Origin: Amphiscolops sp. MND2022
Taxonomy: Eukaryota
Direction of reading: 5' to 3'
Length of the DNA stretch: 64,000 nt
Assembly (NCBI GenBank): GCA_964187785.1
Contig: OZ076417.1
Coordinates: 34,968,001 to 35,032,000, forward strand
A model generated the notes under the pieces. It saw only the letters and a list, made by a program, of their open reading frames with translations. It was not told the DNA's origin and did no database searches. Position 1 is the stretch's first letter; the number at the start of each line of letters is the position of its first letter. This document shows positions 12,367 through 24,639 of the stretch, piece after piece. The position numbers and the translations under genes are program-made.

Positions 12367-14895
12367 TCATTGTAAACTGGTTTGATATAAGGATCGATAA
12401 CTATTCGAACACTTGAAGTGACCACGACATGCTACGAAGCTACATCGAATCATGAAAAACCCGAATTCACGATGTTCAGTGAACCTCAAAATTTTGATGA
12501 AGGCATCTTCACCTTCTTTGTTACTTGCGATCACGTCCCATCGTTTCCCAAGCACACTGTCCCATGACTGATTAGACCCTTTGAGGTCATTGCTGATATC
12601 CCCAGAAAACTTCACTGTTTCTTTTGAGGACGTCGTTTCAAAACCACACATTTTACGGGTCAACGGCGTCGCTGGAATTAATGATTTTGTCATTGAATGT
12701 TTTTTCTGGGCAAATCCAACCATCCTTTTGACTGCTGAAAACACCGCGAAAGCTTGGTTAATAGGATGAACTAGAGTGTGGATATTGAATTCTTCTATTT
12801 CGTCATCGATAACTTGAACTTCTAGTGCGGGCATGCGTACTTCAAAATCGGGGTTTGTTTCTCCTATCATTTTAACAAACGCCTTTCGTTTGCTGCAATC
12901 AAAGAACAGTTCTTTTACCTCAAACGTCGCGTTTGCATAGTTGGTGAGAGACCCAACGTTCAGGATGTTGTTATAGCATGGCGCATACTTCAACTCAACG
13001 TTCTCGTCACTGTGTGGTATCAAAGATATTGCATCCACAAAAGGTATTGTTTTTGGGGGGGCATCGCTTTTTTGGTACGGGAGGCCTGGAATCGACTATG
13101 GTTGGAGGTGATTCAAGTTCTTCGTTGGTGTCATCTGGAGCAGCCTCATCAGGCAAGTTTGCCCGTAATTGTCGATAAGAGACAAAAAATTCTTTTCCTT
13201 CGTCATCAACGACCATGCACTGTCGCAGGAACGGATCGTTGATCATCACTGTCGCAGTAACAACTGATCCGCAGCAAGTAATCTCGCAATTTTCGAAGTC
13301 GTCGATACAGTCACAATCTTCGTCATTTGATTGCCAAAAGAAAACTTCGTCATTGCGCATTAACTTCCTTGGATTGAAAGGCAAGCTTCTACCCCTTTTC
13401 TTGCTCAGCGATTCATCCAGTTTTTGGGCTTTTCTAATATTCCAACGTCGCTGAAAAAAGTTGAAAGTTAGCTCTCGCTTTTCAAATTTTTATCAACTTC
13501 AATAATGGGTTTTTTGAAAAAAATATTGTGGAGAATATCAACACGTGGATTGTCATTGAAATCTGGCAGATTTTGCTGAACTGCCATTTTTTCCTAAACA
13601 TTCAACGAATGAGCTTGTTCTTAAATGGTCCTAAAACGATTGTGGAAAGTAAGACCATATCTTTATACATGTGTCGTGGAAACCGCATACATATCTTAAG
13701 CTACAAGAAAACCATTACCAAAGGGGATAGATAGTACGTCAATATTTAAATCTGACTGTATTGTCCTGGTTTCCACCACTTTAAGCATATTGTCCTGGTT
13801 TCCACCAAAATAGCATTCACTGTTCGATGGCCACGAAAGCTACTGTGGAAAGTAAGACCATATCATTATACATGTGTCGTGGAAACCGCATACATATCTT
13901 AAACTGAAAGGAAACAAATACCAAAGGGGGTAAGTACGTCAATATTTAAAATCTAATATACCGTATTAGTGTAATGGAGCAATGACTCAATTTTGAATGG
14001 CGTTTTTTGGAATATTCTGGCAATTATTCATATCTGGCCTAATATTGAAATCTGGCAGATTTGGATAAAATGATACATTTTTGATTGATTAGCAATTTTA
14101 GAGGCCGGCTTTTGTTCGCTCGGAAGATATTATGGACATATTTTCAAAATAGTATGGAGCTAAGACAAGTTGTCTCTCTGACTTCTAATAGCAGCAAAGT
14201 TTGGCTAAAAATGCAAATCAAAAGTGAAATTAATCACGACTTATTTTGGTCCCAATCGTGAGTAATTTTTTTACTCACGATTGGGACCAAAATATCACAA
14301 AATCTTTTTAATTGGAATCATGATTTAACTTTCATTTTTTGAATTTCCATGAATGGAAGTAGAACTTCTCAATTTTTGATGTTAAATGCTAGCCCTATAA
14401 ATAGTATGTCAAGGTTTAAATCTCACTTTTCTGTCTTGCCCTCAGAAATTTTGATTTTTTTGTTTGGCATTTTCTAATATTTTGGCATTTTCGAATATCT
14501 GGCTTGTCGTCTAAATTTTGCAAACTTCGTTAAACTTCCGGTTTCTAGTTAGTTCACTCCAACGAATGAGCGTAGCGAGTTATTCAATTTATAATTCGAT
14601 TTGTGTATTTTTTGTCCTCGAAACCTGTTTAGCATTTCATCGGAACTATGGCCTAAGAAATAAGAGAATTGTGGAAAAGATTTCGAAAAAAGTTTTGAAA
14701 TGTTATATCAACCTCATCTTCCCTGTCGATTTCTGGCACTGTTATGTCAACTGTTTTTCTCGTAGCCCACTCCATCCATTTGATTCTGACACTCCAGTCA
14801 CTCATGATTGCAGTGACTTTTGCAAGCTCCCAAATAAATGTTAGAGGGTCCAGGATATGGACCACTTCGTTCGTTTCGAACTTTTGAAGAAGCAT
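12367..14895 (-). CDS. Multi-Tudor/Royal-family-like protein, 2 exons, one frameshift
   Basis: Exon 1 14895-14713 (FETNEVVHILD..WELAKVTAI..SVRIKWMEW; resembles the PHF20-type Tudor pattern) ends GAG|GTTGAT and joins in phase 0 to ttttttcag|CGA at 13450. A second barrel-like unit follows (ATVMINDP..CMVVDDEGKEFFVSYRQLR). A 1-nt shift in a C7/A5 run at ~13050 links ORF 13007..13384 to ORF 12367..13038. Confidence 0.55.
13530..14330 (+). repeat. R1 array inside the Tudor-like gene intron
   Basis: Two R1 cores (~13640, ~13845) and a palindrome at ~14243. Confidence 0.9.
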
Positions 14896-14959
14896 TACTG
14901 CGTTTAAAGGTGAATAGTTTGAGACTGACTGGAATAGTCACCTTATCAATAATTCAATT

Positions 14960-15300
14960 GACATCCACTGGGGAAATAAAGAGATATTCCAATTCCTGCG
15001 TCAATTTCAAAGCTGGGGCAAAATGACGCCGCTTATAATTGAAGTAGAGGCGATGCTTAATTACTGTTGGTGCTCAGATCTAATGAACACCCACTGGGAA
15101 AGTAAAGTAGGGCAATTGGGGGCATATTCAATTGGGGCGGCAAGTTGACACCGCTTATGATGAGGCGGCAAGTTGAAACTGTTTAGGATTGAAGTAGGGA
15201 CGATGCTTACTGTTTATCCTAAGGTTCAATTAATACTCACCTTTAAAATTAATCAAGAGATCTTTGGGGCATTTCAACGCCGCCTATAACTTAAAAAAGA
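14960..15300. promoter_or_regulatory. Candidate bidirectional promoter with repeated GC-rich motifs
   Basis: Lies between divergent starts 14895(-) and 15453(+). Motif (g)acgccgcttata recurs at ~15026, ~15147 and ~15276, and ttgaagtag.g.cgatgctta at ~15038 and ~15189. Confidence 0.35.
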
Positions 15301-15452
15301 TGACGCTCAATTTTGGTTGATAGCAATTGTTTGATAAAGATTTGCTCAGTTTCTTTCAAACCATTTTCACGATCAGTAGCTTCCAGTCTTCTCGAATATA
15401 CATCACACTTCCTTTCAAATTTTTGAATTGCTTGGTTGTAACTAAATAACTA

Positions 15453-18400
15453 ATGAATAATTCAAATTCCCAAAAGCAAACTCCTGCTCCTGATCCACCA
15501 TTGTCCTACTCATCTGTTCTAAGTAATTTCTCGACTCCATTGACAAACTTGACCACATGGTTGATCGAATCCTCAACTCCTTTGCTCAGCGGAAGTTCAG
15601 AAACTTCTTTGACAAATTCGAAACCCTCATTCGATGCAACAGTCTACTCGCAGAGCTCGCAGACAGTCTACACGCAGAGCTCGCAGAGCTCGATTACTTA
15701 CAATGTAGACGGGATTATGCAAGAAGAGCATCACGAGCCAAATCAGTCAGTCGAAGATCACGCGGTAACTCCTTCTCCTACTCTTGGCATTTCCAATTCC
15801 GTGGGTTTAACAAGCACCACAATTCCGACCTCAAGCCAGAAACAACTTGTTGACTCTTTTGAAGGAAGAGTCTACAATGCAGTCAGAACAACTCCCCCTG
15901 CAAAAAAATGCAAACCAGACTTGAAGACGGATGAAGCCAAAGAATGGCTAAAATCCTTCATAGTTGCCATTACGAGCCGTTACAAAAAGAATGTTAGCGC
16001 CCCAAAGAAGACCCAGATAAACTTTTCCAGAAGTCTGGTGGCCTACCTGTTTTTGTTTGTTGGCGTTGCTGGCATTTTGGACAAGGAAATCAGCAATATC
16101 ACTGTCCACGAGTTGGCTCAAGCCGTGGTACAAATGAAAGACTACCCTGATGATGAAGACATACCATTTTCCGTCGAGCCAAATGAAAGTAAGTAATTAT
16201 GCATAACCTAAACCCTTAACCTCTACAGTCTTTTTTGACCTTTTCGAACACTTGATGAAATTCAAAGTAGCTATCAATTTTGAATGATCCAAACAACAAT
16301 TAGATATATTGTCCTGGTTTCCACCATCTTGAGCTGAATTTGAACATTGTAAACGCCGCGACCAGGCCGCCCAAATTTTGTCCCCTGTGTCCCCAACCAT
16401 CATGACATGTAATAGCAACGAATATTTGTCTCTTTGACTTGTAATAAACACGAAATTCGTCTCAAAAGTCCTAGTCTCACGAAAACACTGATCAATCTTG
16501 CATGGCATTTTATGAAAACATGGCATTTATCCATAACTGTCTTGTCATTAGAATTTGGCAGATTTTGATGAACTGCCATTTTTCCGTAAATATTCAACGG
16601 ATGAGTTCGTTCTTAAATGGTCCCAAAACGACTGTGGAAAGTAAGACGATATCTTTATACATGTGTCGTGGAAACCGCATACATATCTTAAGCTGTAAGA
16701 AAACAACTACCAAAGGAGTAGTATGTCAATATTTAAATCTGACTGTATTGTCCTGGTTTCCACCACTCTAGGCATATTGTCCTGGTTTCCACCAAAATAG
16801 CCTTCATTGCTCAATGGCCACGAAAGCGACCGTGGAAAGTAAGACCATATCTTTATACATGTGTCGTGGAAACCGAATACATATCTTAAACTGTAAGAAA
16901 ACAACTACCAAAGGGGATAGTACGTCAATATTTAAAACCGTATTAACCGTCAAATGGTCATGGAAATATTGTTCAGTGTTGAATGGCGTTGTAGAATAAC
17001 ATGTCATTTAATATTATTTGGCTTGTCATCAAAATCTGGCAAATTTTGTTTAGGTGTGTTTAGATTTTCGATTGGTTAGAGTTCTTAGAGGCCAAAATGT
17101 TCTGGGCCTATTTTGTCTTTCTGACTAATAAAAATTTTTGAAAAAACTGAAAACTCGAAACTAACTTACAAGTTGAATAGATGTCTTTTTTTGCAGATTC
17201 TGTTTCTCGAGTACAATACAAGCCACCACGCTGGCTAATCGAAGGTTTGGTTGAGTATGCCAGCCACACGAGACCTGACTTTCTCAGCAAAACCGAAGGT
17301 GTGAAATTTCAACGATGTGTCAACGAAAGTGATGACCGACCAGTCGTGACAGAGCTCCTGTTCGTCAATTCTGTTGGGAAGTCTTGTTTTAGACCGAGCC
17401 ATGTTGTCGACCAGTATTTGATCCCTGTACGTTTGTTTTTTTTTGTCATTTAAATTTATATATAGTTCGGAGTTTTCAAAACAACTTCGATTGAAAAATC
17501 TACATCTACTAAACCATTGTAGTTCTAGTGCAAAAGATCAAAGATTTATTCGAAAGCATGTGTTTCAGGTACTTCAACAATGTAAAAAACCAGCCAATCA
17601 GCTGAAGTTCAAATTGGAACTCATCTATCCAATTGTTGACGACCCTGAAGCACGATTGCCAAAATTGAAAAATCAAATCAAGGAAGTGCAAGGAAAATTT
17701 GGCAATGAATTTGACCAGGATACCATCAAAACATGCGTGAGAAAGCATCAAGATGCTCAACGATACGCACGACAGTCAGCTCGAGCCACAACGTTCTTCA
17801 AATGCATGAACGGGAAATGTGACTTGAACATCTTGGAGAAAAGAATCGAAGGATTTTTCCAGAGGCAGAAATGGACAACACCAGAAGACGTCAAACAGGA
17901 TATTAGAAAAGTGTTTCTGTTGGTTCTACCTATGCTACAAAATCCAGATTCGAGAAGGATGGGCAGTGATGGTTCTGCTAAAATAATTTACAAAGGGATG
18001 GCACATAACATGGATTTCGAGTGCCAGACCGTCCTATTCGAACGATGTGACACGCAGAGCTGGCCAGGCGTATGTCCAGCCACTTTCAAATCTTATGGAC
18101 GCGGAGTGGTCAGCACACAGAAGTTTTTTAAAAACGAGATTGTTCTTGACTACCACGGTCAAATACTTGAGAAAATGACATTTACACAAGCTCTGGCGAT
18201 GGAAGGCGTACAGCCCGAGTATCTGATGGAGGTACGTAATCTAAAGTTTAAAGTTTTTTGTTAGATACATACCAAGTGAATAAAGACAAATAAAAATAGA
18301 TCTAAAAAGTCAAAGTATGAGTATTTGTTCTTTTATCAATTTTGGACCTAGAGAGCTAAAAGTGAAGAAGAAAAAAATTATTAGTTCACTAGGACCTAGC

Positions 18401-19403
18401 TAAAAGAAAGTACACGAAACTTTTTTGTGCTTAATACGATCTTTTTCTAAGTTGATAATTTTTTGTATATTTCCATTTTTTTTTCATTATTCGCTCTGAC
18501 GTAAACTCTACCGATTCTTCAAGAATTCAAATTTCTATCTTTTTTGTTACAATAATCCATTTTAGTCAAATTGGCGTTTGAATTCAATTTGGCGTTTTGA
18601 GATAAAATAGCACGTTAAGTAATTTCAGCAGAATTTTCACTATTTACACACTCGTTGAATACTGTCAATACGCGTCTAGTTGTATTTCGCTTACCGCTCT
18701 GGCTTTCTCGCAATTTGATTGGCTCGCTTCGTTTCAAACGTTTTGAAGTTCGTCAATAACGTTTTTCTAATCCGCCTGTGAATTCTTCTACTACGTTTAT
18801 AGTAAACCTATCTCTAAACATCTCTTCTAATTTTATAGATGTTCCATTACAATGGGATGGATGCCTTGATGAATAGTCCGCCATTCCCAGCGTTCGCCCC
18901 GGAGTTTGTACCACATTAAACTTATATGGTAATAGACGATCTATTCAACGTGTTAAACGGCTTGATGTCGTTTTATTTGCACTCAGAACGCTTTGTAAAG
19001 CCTTGTGATCAAATACGACTCCAAATTGTGTACCGCATACATAATTTTTGAAATGATCCCACGACAGCTAGTAACTCCAATTCATTTTTGGATTATTTCA
19101 TTCAAATTCTGTTAAAAATTGTGGGTTTTTGTAAGGTGTTCCTGTAACTTCTTTGTTCCAGGTGAAAGGTCCGGGCGGAGACTGATCAACGCTTCCTCCG
19201 AGATATGTGAAAGTCACCCAAAAAATCTATGTTTGGGACGCCTTATTAACCACTGTTCCAAAGATGCAAACATAAAGCAAACTGACATAGTGCTTTATGA
19301 CGAGTCCCGAGTTTGCTGCTTCAGGGCTATAAGAGATATAAGCCCTTTCGAAGAATTGAAATTCGATTACGAGGACCCAACAGCGCGGTCCCTTTTTTCG
19401 TGA
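15453..19403 (+). CDS. Ser/Thr-rich N-terminus + degenerate tyrosine-recombinase-like region + SET domain (SETD8/PR-Set7-like), 4 exons, one frameshift
   Basis: Exons 15453-16188, 17197-17426 (phase-1 join is exact), ~17473-18231 (acceptor uncertain) and 19162-19403. SET motifs GRGVVST, LDYHG, LGRLINHC and EELKFDY are all present, with no post-SET cysteines, as in SETD8. One base is missing near 19175 (ccgggcgg); one extra G restores EVKGPGRRLINAS. Confidence 0.8.
16300..17100 (+). repeat. R1 array inside SET gene intron 1
   Basis: R1 cores at ~16630 and ~16830. 16400-17100 is closely matched by ~59200-59830. Confidence 0.9.
18560..19110 (+). repeat. R2 dispersed repeat inside SET gene intron 3
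   Basis: Collinear similarity to 9780-10330. Confidence 0.7.
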
Positions 19404-19589
19404 AAGGTGACTTGCTGACAAATATCTTCCTGTGCTTTTTCAAGAGTCTATTTATTCCAAACACTTTTTTTTGTTTTTTAAAGCTACTCGTTTTGTTCAC
19501 TTTTCGAATAATTATCAGATATATATGAACCAGACTTTCAACCAGAGGATCAGAATACATGTAAGTTCAGTCAATTATCCATAGCACCC

Positions 19590-20250
19590 TTTGTCCTGGT
19601 TTCCACCAAAATAGCATTCACTGTTCGATGGCCACGAAAGCGACTGTGGAAAGTAAGACCATATCTTTATACATGTGTCGTGGAAACCGCATACACATCT
19701 TAAACTGTAAGAAAACAACTACCAAAGGGGATGATAGATAGTACGTCAATATTTAAATTTGACTGTATTGTCCTGGTTTCCACCACTCTAAGCATATTGT
19801 CCTGGTTTCCACCAAAATAGCATTCACTGTTCGATGGCCACGAAAGCTACTGTGGAAAGTCAGACCATATCATTATACATGTGTCGTGGAAACCGCATAA
19901 ATATCTTAAACTGTAAGAAAACAACTACCAAAGGGGGTAGTACGTCAATATGTAACTTTTAATATACCGTAGTAGTGTCATGGAAATATTGCTCAATTTT
20001 GAATGACGTTTTAGAAAATTTTGGCATTTCAAAAAACTGGCTTGTCATCGAAATCTGGAATATTCCTTTAATCTTCAGTTTTTCGACTACTTTACTTTAA
20101 CGAATGAGCTTCGTGTTACGTCCATAATTATATCAGTTCGTATTGGCTTGGTTTTAAAATATTTTAGTCACGAAAATAGGGATTCCACGTCACGTAAAGA
20201 GAAGGTTGTTAATTATTTATTCAAGAGCATCTTTTTATTATGGTGTTAAA
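19590..20250 (+). repeat. R1 array plus tail
   Basis: R1 cores at ~19640 and ~19850. Tail 20050-20250 is inverted relative to 3835-4020. Confidence 0.85.
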
Positions 20251-20338
20251 TGTCCCTCTTTTTGTTAACGTGTCGGTTCTTCTTAACTCCTAATCTCAAC
20301 TTTTTTCATCAAAGCGTCATTCTGCAAATATATTTCAG

Positions 20339-23300
20339 ATAGTCACTGTGACCTTCATACATCTTCATCACTAGTTGAGTTGAATACAACGTTGTTGAAA
20401 TCTCATATCAACGCACTTTTGATGGACCCCTTAGCACTTTGGAATGCCCATTCTGTACAAGTCGACAAAAATTTGCTGTTTATCGACTGCAAAATGTTCG
20501 AAGTCATGGCCGAGAAACGATTCACCAACAAATACAGAAAATTCGAAAAGATCATTGACGATGCATTCGCCGGGTGTGGGTTGAATACCAAAGACTTACT
20601 CCGGAGAATTCCCATGAAAGGTCAAAGCAAACCGACTGTGTGTATAGCAGTGAGTAATTTTTTTTCTAATCATCATTTTTTGCAAATGTCTATCTTTGTC
20701 ATATTTGGCGCGATAATACTTTTTTCTAATTCGTGCTTCGCTGGCGTTTTGTATCCAATTCGTTAATTGAGTGTTTCGCTTCAAAGTCGGTTAAAAATCT
20801 GGATGCGTACGCAATTGGTTTTCAATTGTTTTCTTCATTGTGTTGTAATACCGCCCCTAATCCTTGTTTGCTTGCATCGCAAATGATTCGCAACATGCGG
20901 TTTCTTTTATATTGCTAAAAATACATTTACTAAATACATTACTAAAACATTTACATATCCACCACAAAAACCGTTTCCGAAAAAATATTCTTTACCGGGA
21001 AAAATTGCGATGTTTCTAATCTTCCGAGGGTTCAAGGATTTCCAATGGACCGACGCAAGGAAGAGATTTGTGGAATGCTTTGTCCCTCGATATTTGATTC
21101 CTTACGAAGATACTTTCAATTTTCCTCCTCTTGTAACACCAACCTTGAATCCCCTTGCAATACGTACCTCGAATCTGTCTGCGCCACCAACAATGGTCCT
21201 TGAAACAATGGATTCACATACACCACCAACAATGGTCCTTGAAACAATAAATTCGTTTGCAACACGAAGAATGGACCTTGGAACAATGGATTCGCATACA
21301 CCACCAACAATGATCCTTGAAACAATAAATTCAATTGCAACACCAACAATGGACCTTGGAATAATGGTTTCGCATGCACCACCAACAATGGACCTTGAAA
21401 CAATGGATTCCCATGCACCACCAACAATGGACCTTGAAACAATAGATTCGCATGCGCCACCAACAATGGACCTTGAAACAATGGATTCGCATGCACCACC
21501 AACAATGGACCTTGAAACAATGGATTCCCATGCACCACCAACAATGGACCTTCAAACAATGGATTCGCATGCACCACCAACAATGGACCTTGAAACAATG
21601 GATTCGCATGCACCACCAACAGTGGACCTTGAAACAATGGATTCGCATGCACCACCAACAATGTACCTTGATGCAGCGACAAGTCCAAATCCTAAAATGA
21701 GGAGAACAAAAAAATTGAACAAAGAAGCAGCCACTTGTTTCTGGAAAAGGGTCATCGATGAGGCCAACGATAATAAAGAAATTGGGTTCAATGAGTTTAT
21801 AGAACAAGTGAAAGACAATATGATTAAACGGAAATACCAGGGATTCACAAAGAAGGAAGAAGAGAATGTGGTGAAAATTCTAATCGAGCGTCTTTTTGAG
21901 AATCGAGGATCGACCAAGGAAATCAGTCACATTCTATCACTTACTGCTCAAACTGGAAATATAGAGGAAGTCATAAAACTTATCAGATCGAAACTTTCGG
22001 TAGTTGGCTTGGGATACAACGTAGTACCCTGTATACGCTTGATCAAGAAATCGACAGCTGAAATCCAGACCTATTTTGTTTCACTATGCCATCCCGAAAG
22101 AACGTTCTCCGGTTTCCGATGCGATCTGATAAAATTTGTTGAGCTGGCCGCATACCTGCTCGGAATGTATGATTTATGTGGTTTGAGAATTGATATCTGG
22201 GGCGACGGTTGTGAAATTGGAGGCCTGGAAACAACCCGTTTTGCCTTTCGAGTGTTTTCGGAAAAAATTAGTTGCCAGTCATCAAGTTCGGTGTTCTGTT
22301 TTGCATCGTATCGAGGAAAAGACAGCCGATTCGCGATGGAACAGAACCTTGGACCAACTATAGCTGGTGATCAAAGTTCGGGTTGGCTCTACCAGAAAAC
22401 GTCGGAGTTGTCAGATCGTGGAGTTAAACTAACCTACAGTGGAGATACACCAGTTTTGCTACGCCTGATACTGGGAATTTCCTGTGAAACGAATTTCAAA
22501 TCAAAAATGCCACTTCATATTCCTGATAATAGCTTTTTGCCAACAAATTGCCACCCTGAAACAGGTCTGAGAACCGATCTCAAGATACCTTTCCGAGAAG
22601 AACTGCCAAAAACATCCCTTGTTTATTTCCAAGACGTGCGATGTATATGCCCTGACCCGACGCACATGATCACCAGATGTGTTGAAAACGACTTGAGGAG
22701 AGTGGCGCAGAAAATAATCACTGACAAGTATCCCGATTATGGCCCCTCACTCAAAGCCTTTGAAGAAAATCTTACACGACGTGATGCAAAAAGGCCATAT
22801 TTCCAGTTCAATGTGAACACAAAACTAGGTTCTGGTGTTGGTACTGTAAACAGTGTGTCATTAGCCGGAAGTAATGCCCTATCTATTATAGCAGAAAAAG
22901 AGGAATTGGCTGGCGCAAATGATTGTTCAATAGGGAATCTTTTTGAAGATGTATGGGATCCCAAAAACGATGTTGTTATTGGGAGTGAATCTGCTGCTAG
23001 TGCACAAATACTAAAACAACTTCTCCCAGAACTTTTCGATAAGCCTCACCCTAGTGACAAGACATCCGCCAATCTCTACATGTCGAAGACAGATGCATGT
23101 GAATTGCTGCGCTCCAGCCTGAACCGCTGTGCAATTCTCTTGAGATCTGAGCAGTTTGACGCCCAATGCTACAAAAAATGGGCTGAAATATATTATCAGA
23201 CAACCATTTTGTTATTTGGTGAATGCTCATTGACACTATATAAGTTGAAGCTCGCAATGATGCCACAGATTGTAGAAGGAGGGTTTGTGGAAAGACCTTT

Positions 23301-24387
23301 TGACCACATGTGCGAAGGGCTTGAAAAATCCAATCATCACGCAAATCGCTATTTCCAGACAAAAACCATGCGTGGTGGCTTACCATAAAGATCCTCTTTT
23401 CCTGAAATTGTCATCTTCATTTGGAAAGTTCCTCCGTGCATCAATTGAATTGAAAACAAAGAAGTATGAATGTTTGGAAATATCTGAAATACTTGAGAAA
23501 CTTGTTGATGATTTGGATGCCAAATACCCCGGACCAACATACCTCGAAATTTGCAAGACCCCAATTTCCTCGACTTCTCTTGCAATCGGGAAGTCGCATC
23601 CCGATTCTCAATTTTTGAGTGGTATGAGGTTCTTTTCAATTGGAAGATTAGGTGTAGTCGATAGGTGTAGTAGATTTCGTTAACGAAGGATGTTCTGATT
23701 AAACTCATCAACGAAATGGGGGGCATATTCATTGAACACGATCAAGCAAGCAGACACCCTCATGAAGACACATTCACGACTGCCTAATTGCTTCGTTCTG
23801 GTCAAAGACGAAGAAGACCTAGTAATCGCCACAGGCGCTGTGCAAGAAATTGAAGACCTGAAAAAGAAAAGGCCGCTGGCGAAAAAAATAAAGCGAAGTA
23901 AGTCAAGTCTTTCCACGTCCCAGTCTTCAGATTCGGACAGTCAATACCCATCATCGCAATTCACAGCAAGACAGAAAAAGAAACCGCTCAATACTCACAA
24001 ATTGCTCAAAAATTTGCCCAAGGAGGTCTAACTTTTTTGAAGAAAAATTTTCTCATGGATGTCAAAAAAGTAGTTACGTTGTTAGACCCCAAAGATTACA
24101 CCATTGCCCCCGGAAGTAATTTTCGTCGAGCCAGAGTAAATGATATGAGACCACTCTTCCTTGATCAAATATCAGGCAAAAAATCAAATGAGAATATATC
24201 GGCTGTGGCTTATCTCAAACGATACAGAAATGGACAAATAGATTACCAAAACTCTTTTTCGAGAATGATGATGACACTTTTGCCGGAAAAATTGACAACA
24301 TTGATGATGATGACGACGACGTCGATGAAGAATGTTCTCAGATCACTTTGTAGACTCCAGAGTTCAACAAAAAATGGGACACCGTAA
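20339..24387 (+). CDS. RAG1/Transib-like DDE transposase-fold protein with 13-aa repeats and a frameshifted C-terminal BRCT-like domain
   Basis: Exon ~20339-20649 (donor GTGAGT), then the 792-aa ORF 21010..23388. Motifs align by eye to RAG1 core: IWGDG (ESCDG, D600), YSGDT (GYDEK, D708), PDPTH (IDALH), LYKLKLAMMP (NYFHKTLAHVP), CEGLEKSNH (SEGNESGNK, E962). Downstream frames give LSGMRFFSIG..LTKDVLIKLINEMGG..CFVLV..FLKKNFLMDV..LLDPKDY (BRCT-like), with about 4 frameshifts after 23385. Confidence 0.65.
21184..21672 (+). repeat. Coding minisatellite, 39-bp unit x ~12.5 (PPTMDLETMDSHA)
   Basis: Twelve full in-frame units plus one partial in ORF 21010..23388. Confidence 0.95.
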
Positions 24388-24639
24388 TTATGTTGTTGAT
24401 ATTTGTGTTCATATCTAGCGATGCATTACTATTTCGAAATAATACTATTAGAATTCTGTTCTTGAATTTGCGTATCTCTGTGATAAACATAACTCCAATT
24501 CAAGTTAGTTGTAAGAGACTATATTTTTCATACTCTGCTGAAGATCAGATACAGTGAAGATACGATACCAACACATCGTACCCCGTTACGTCGCGAGAAG
24601 TAGAGGTTATGATAAGCCATGGTAAACCAATCGAAAAGT

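Noticed and set aside
15081-15096. taatgaacaccc(a)ctg resembles the reverse complement of the hAT end at 60311
   Set aside because: Only a 12-nt exact match with an extra base, and none of the subterminal aaatcaata repeats are present. Probably chance.
21116-21917. Antisense and alternate-frame ORFs with regular repeats
   Set aside because: Shadows of the 39-bp coding minisatellite.
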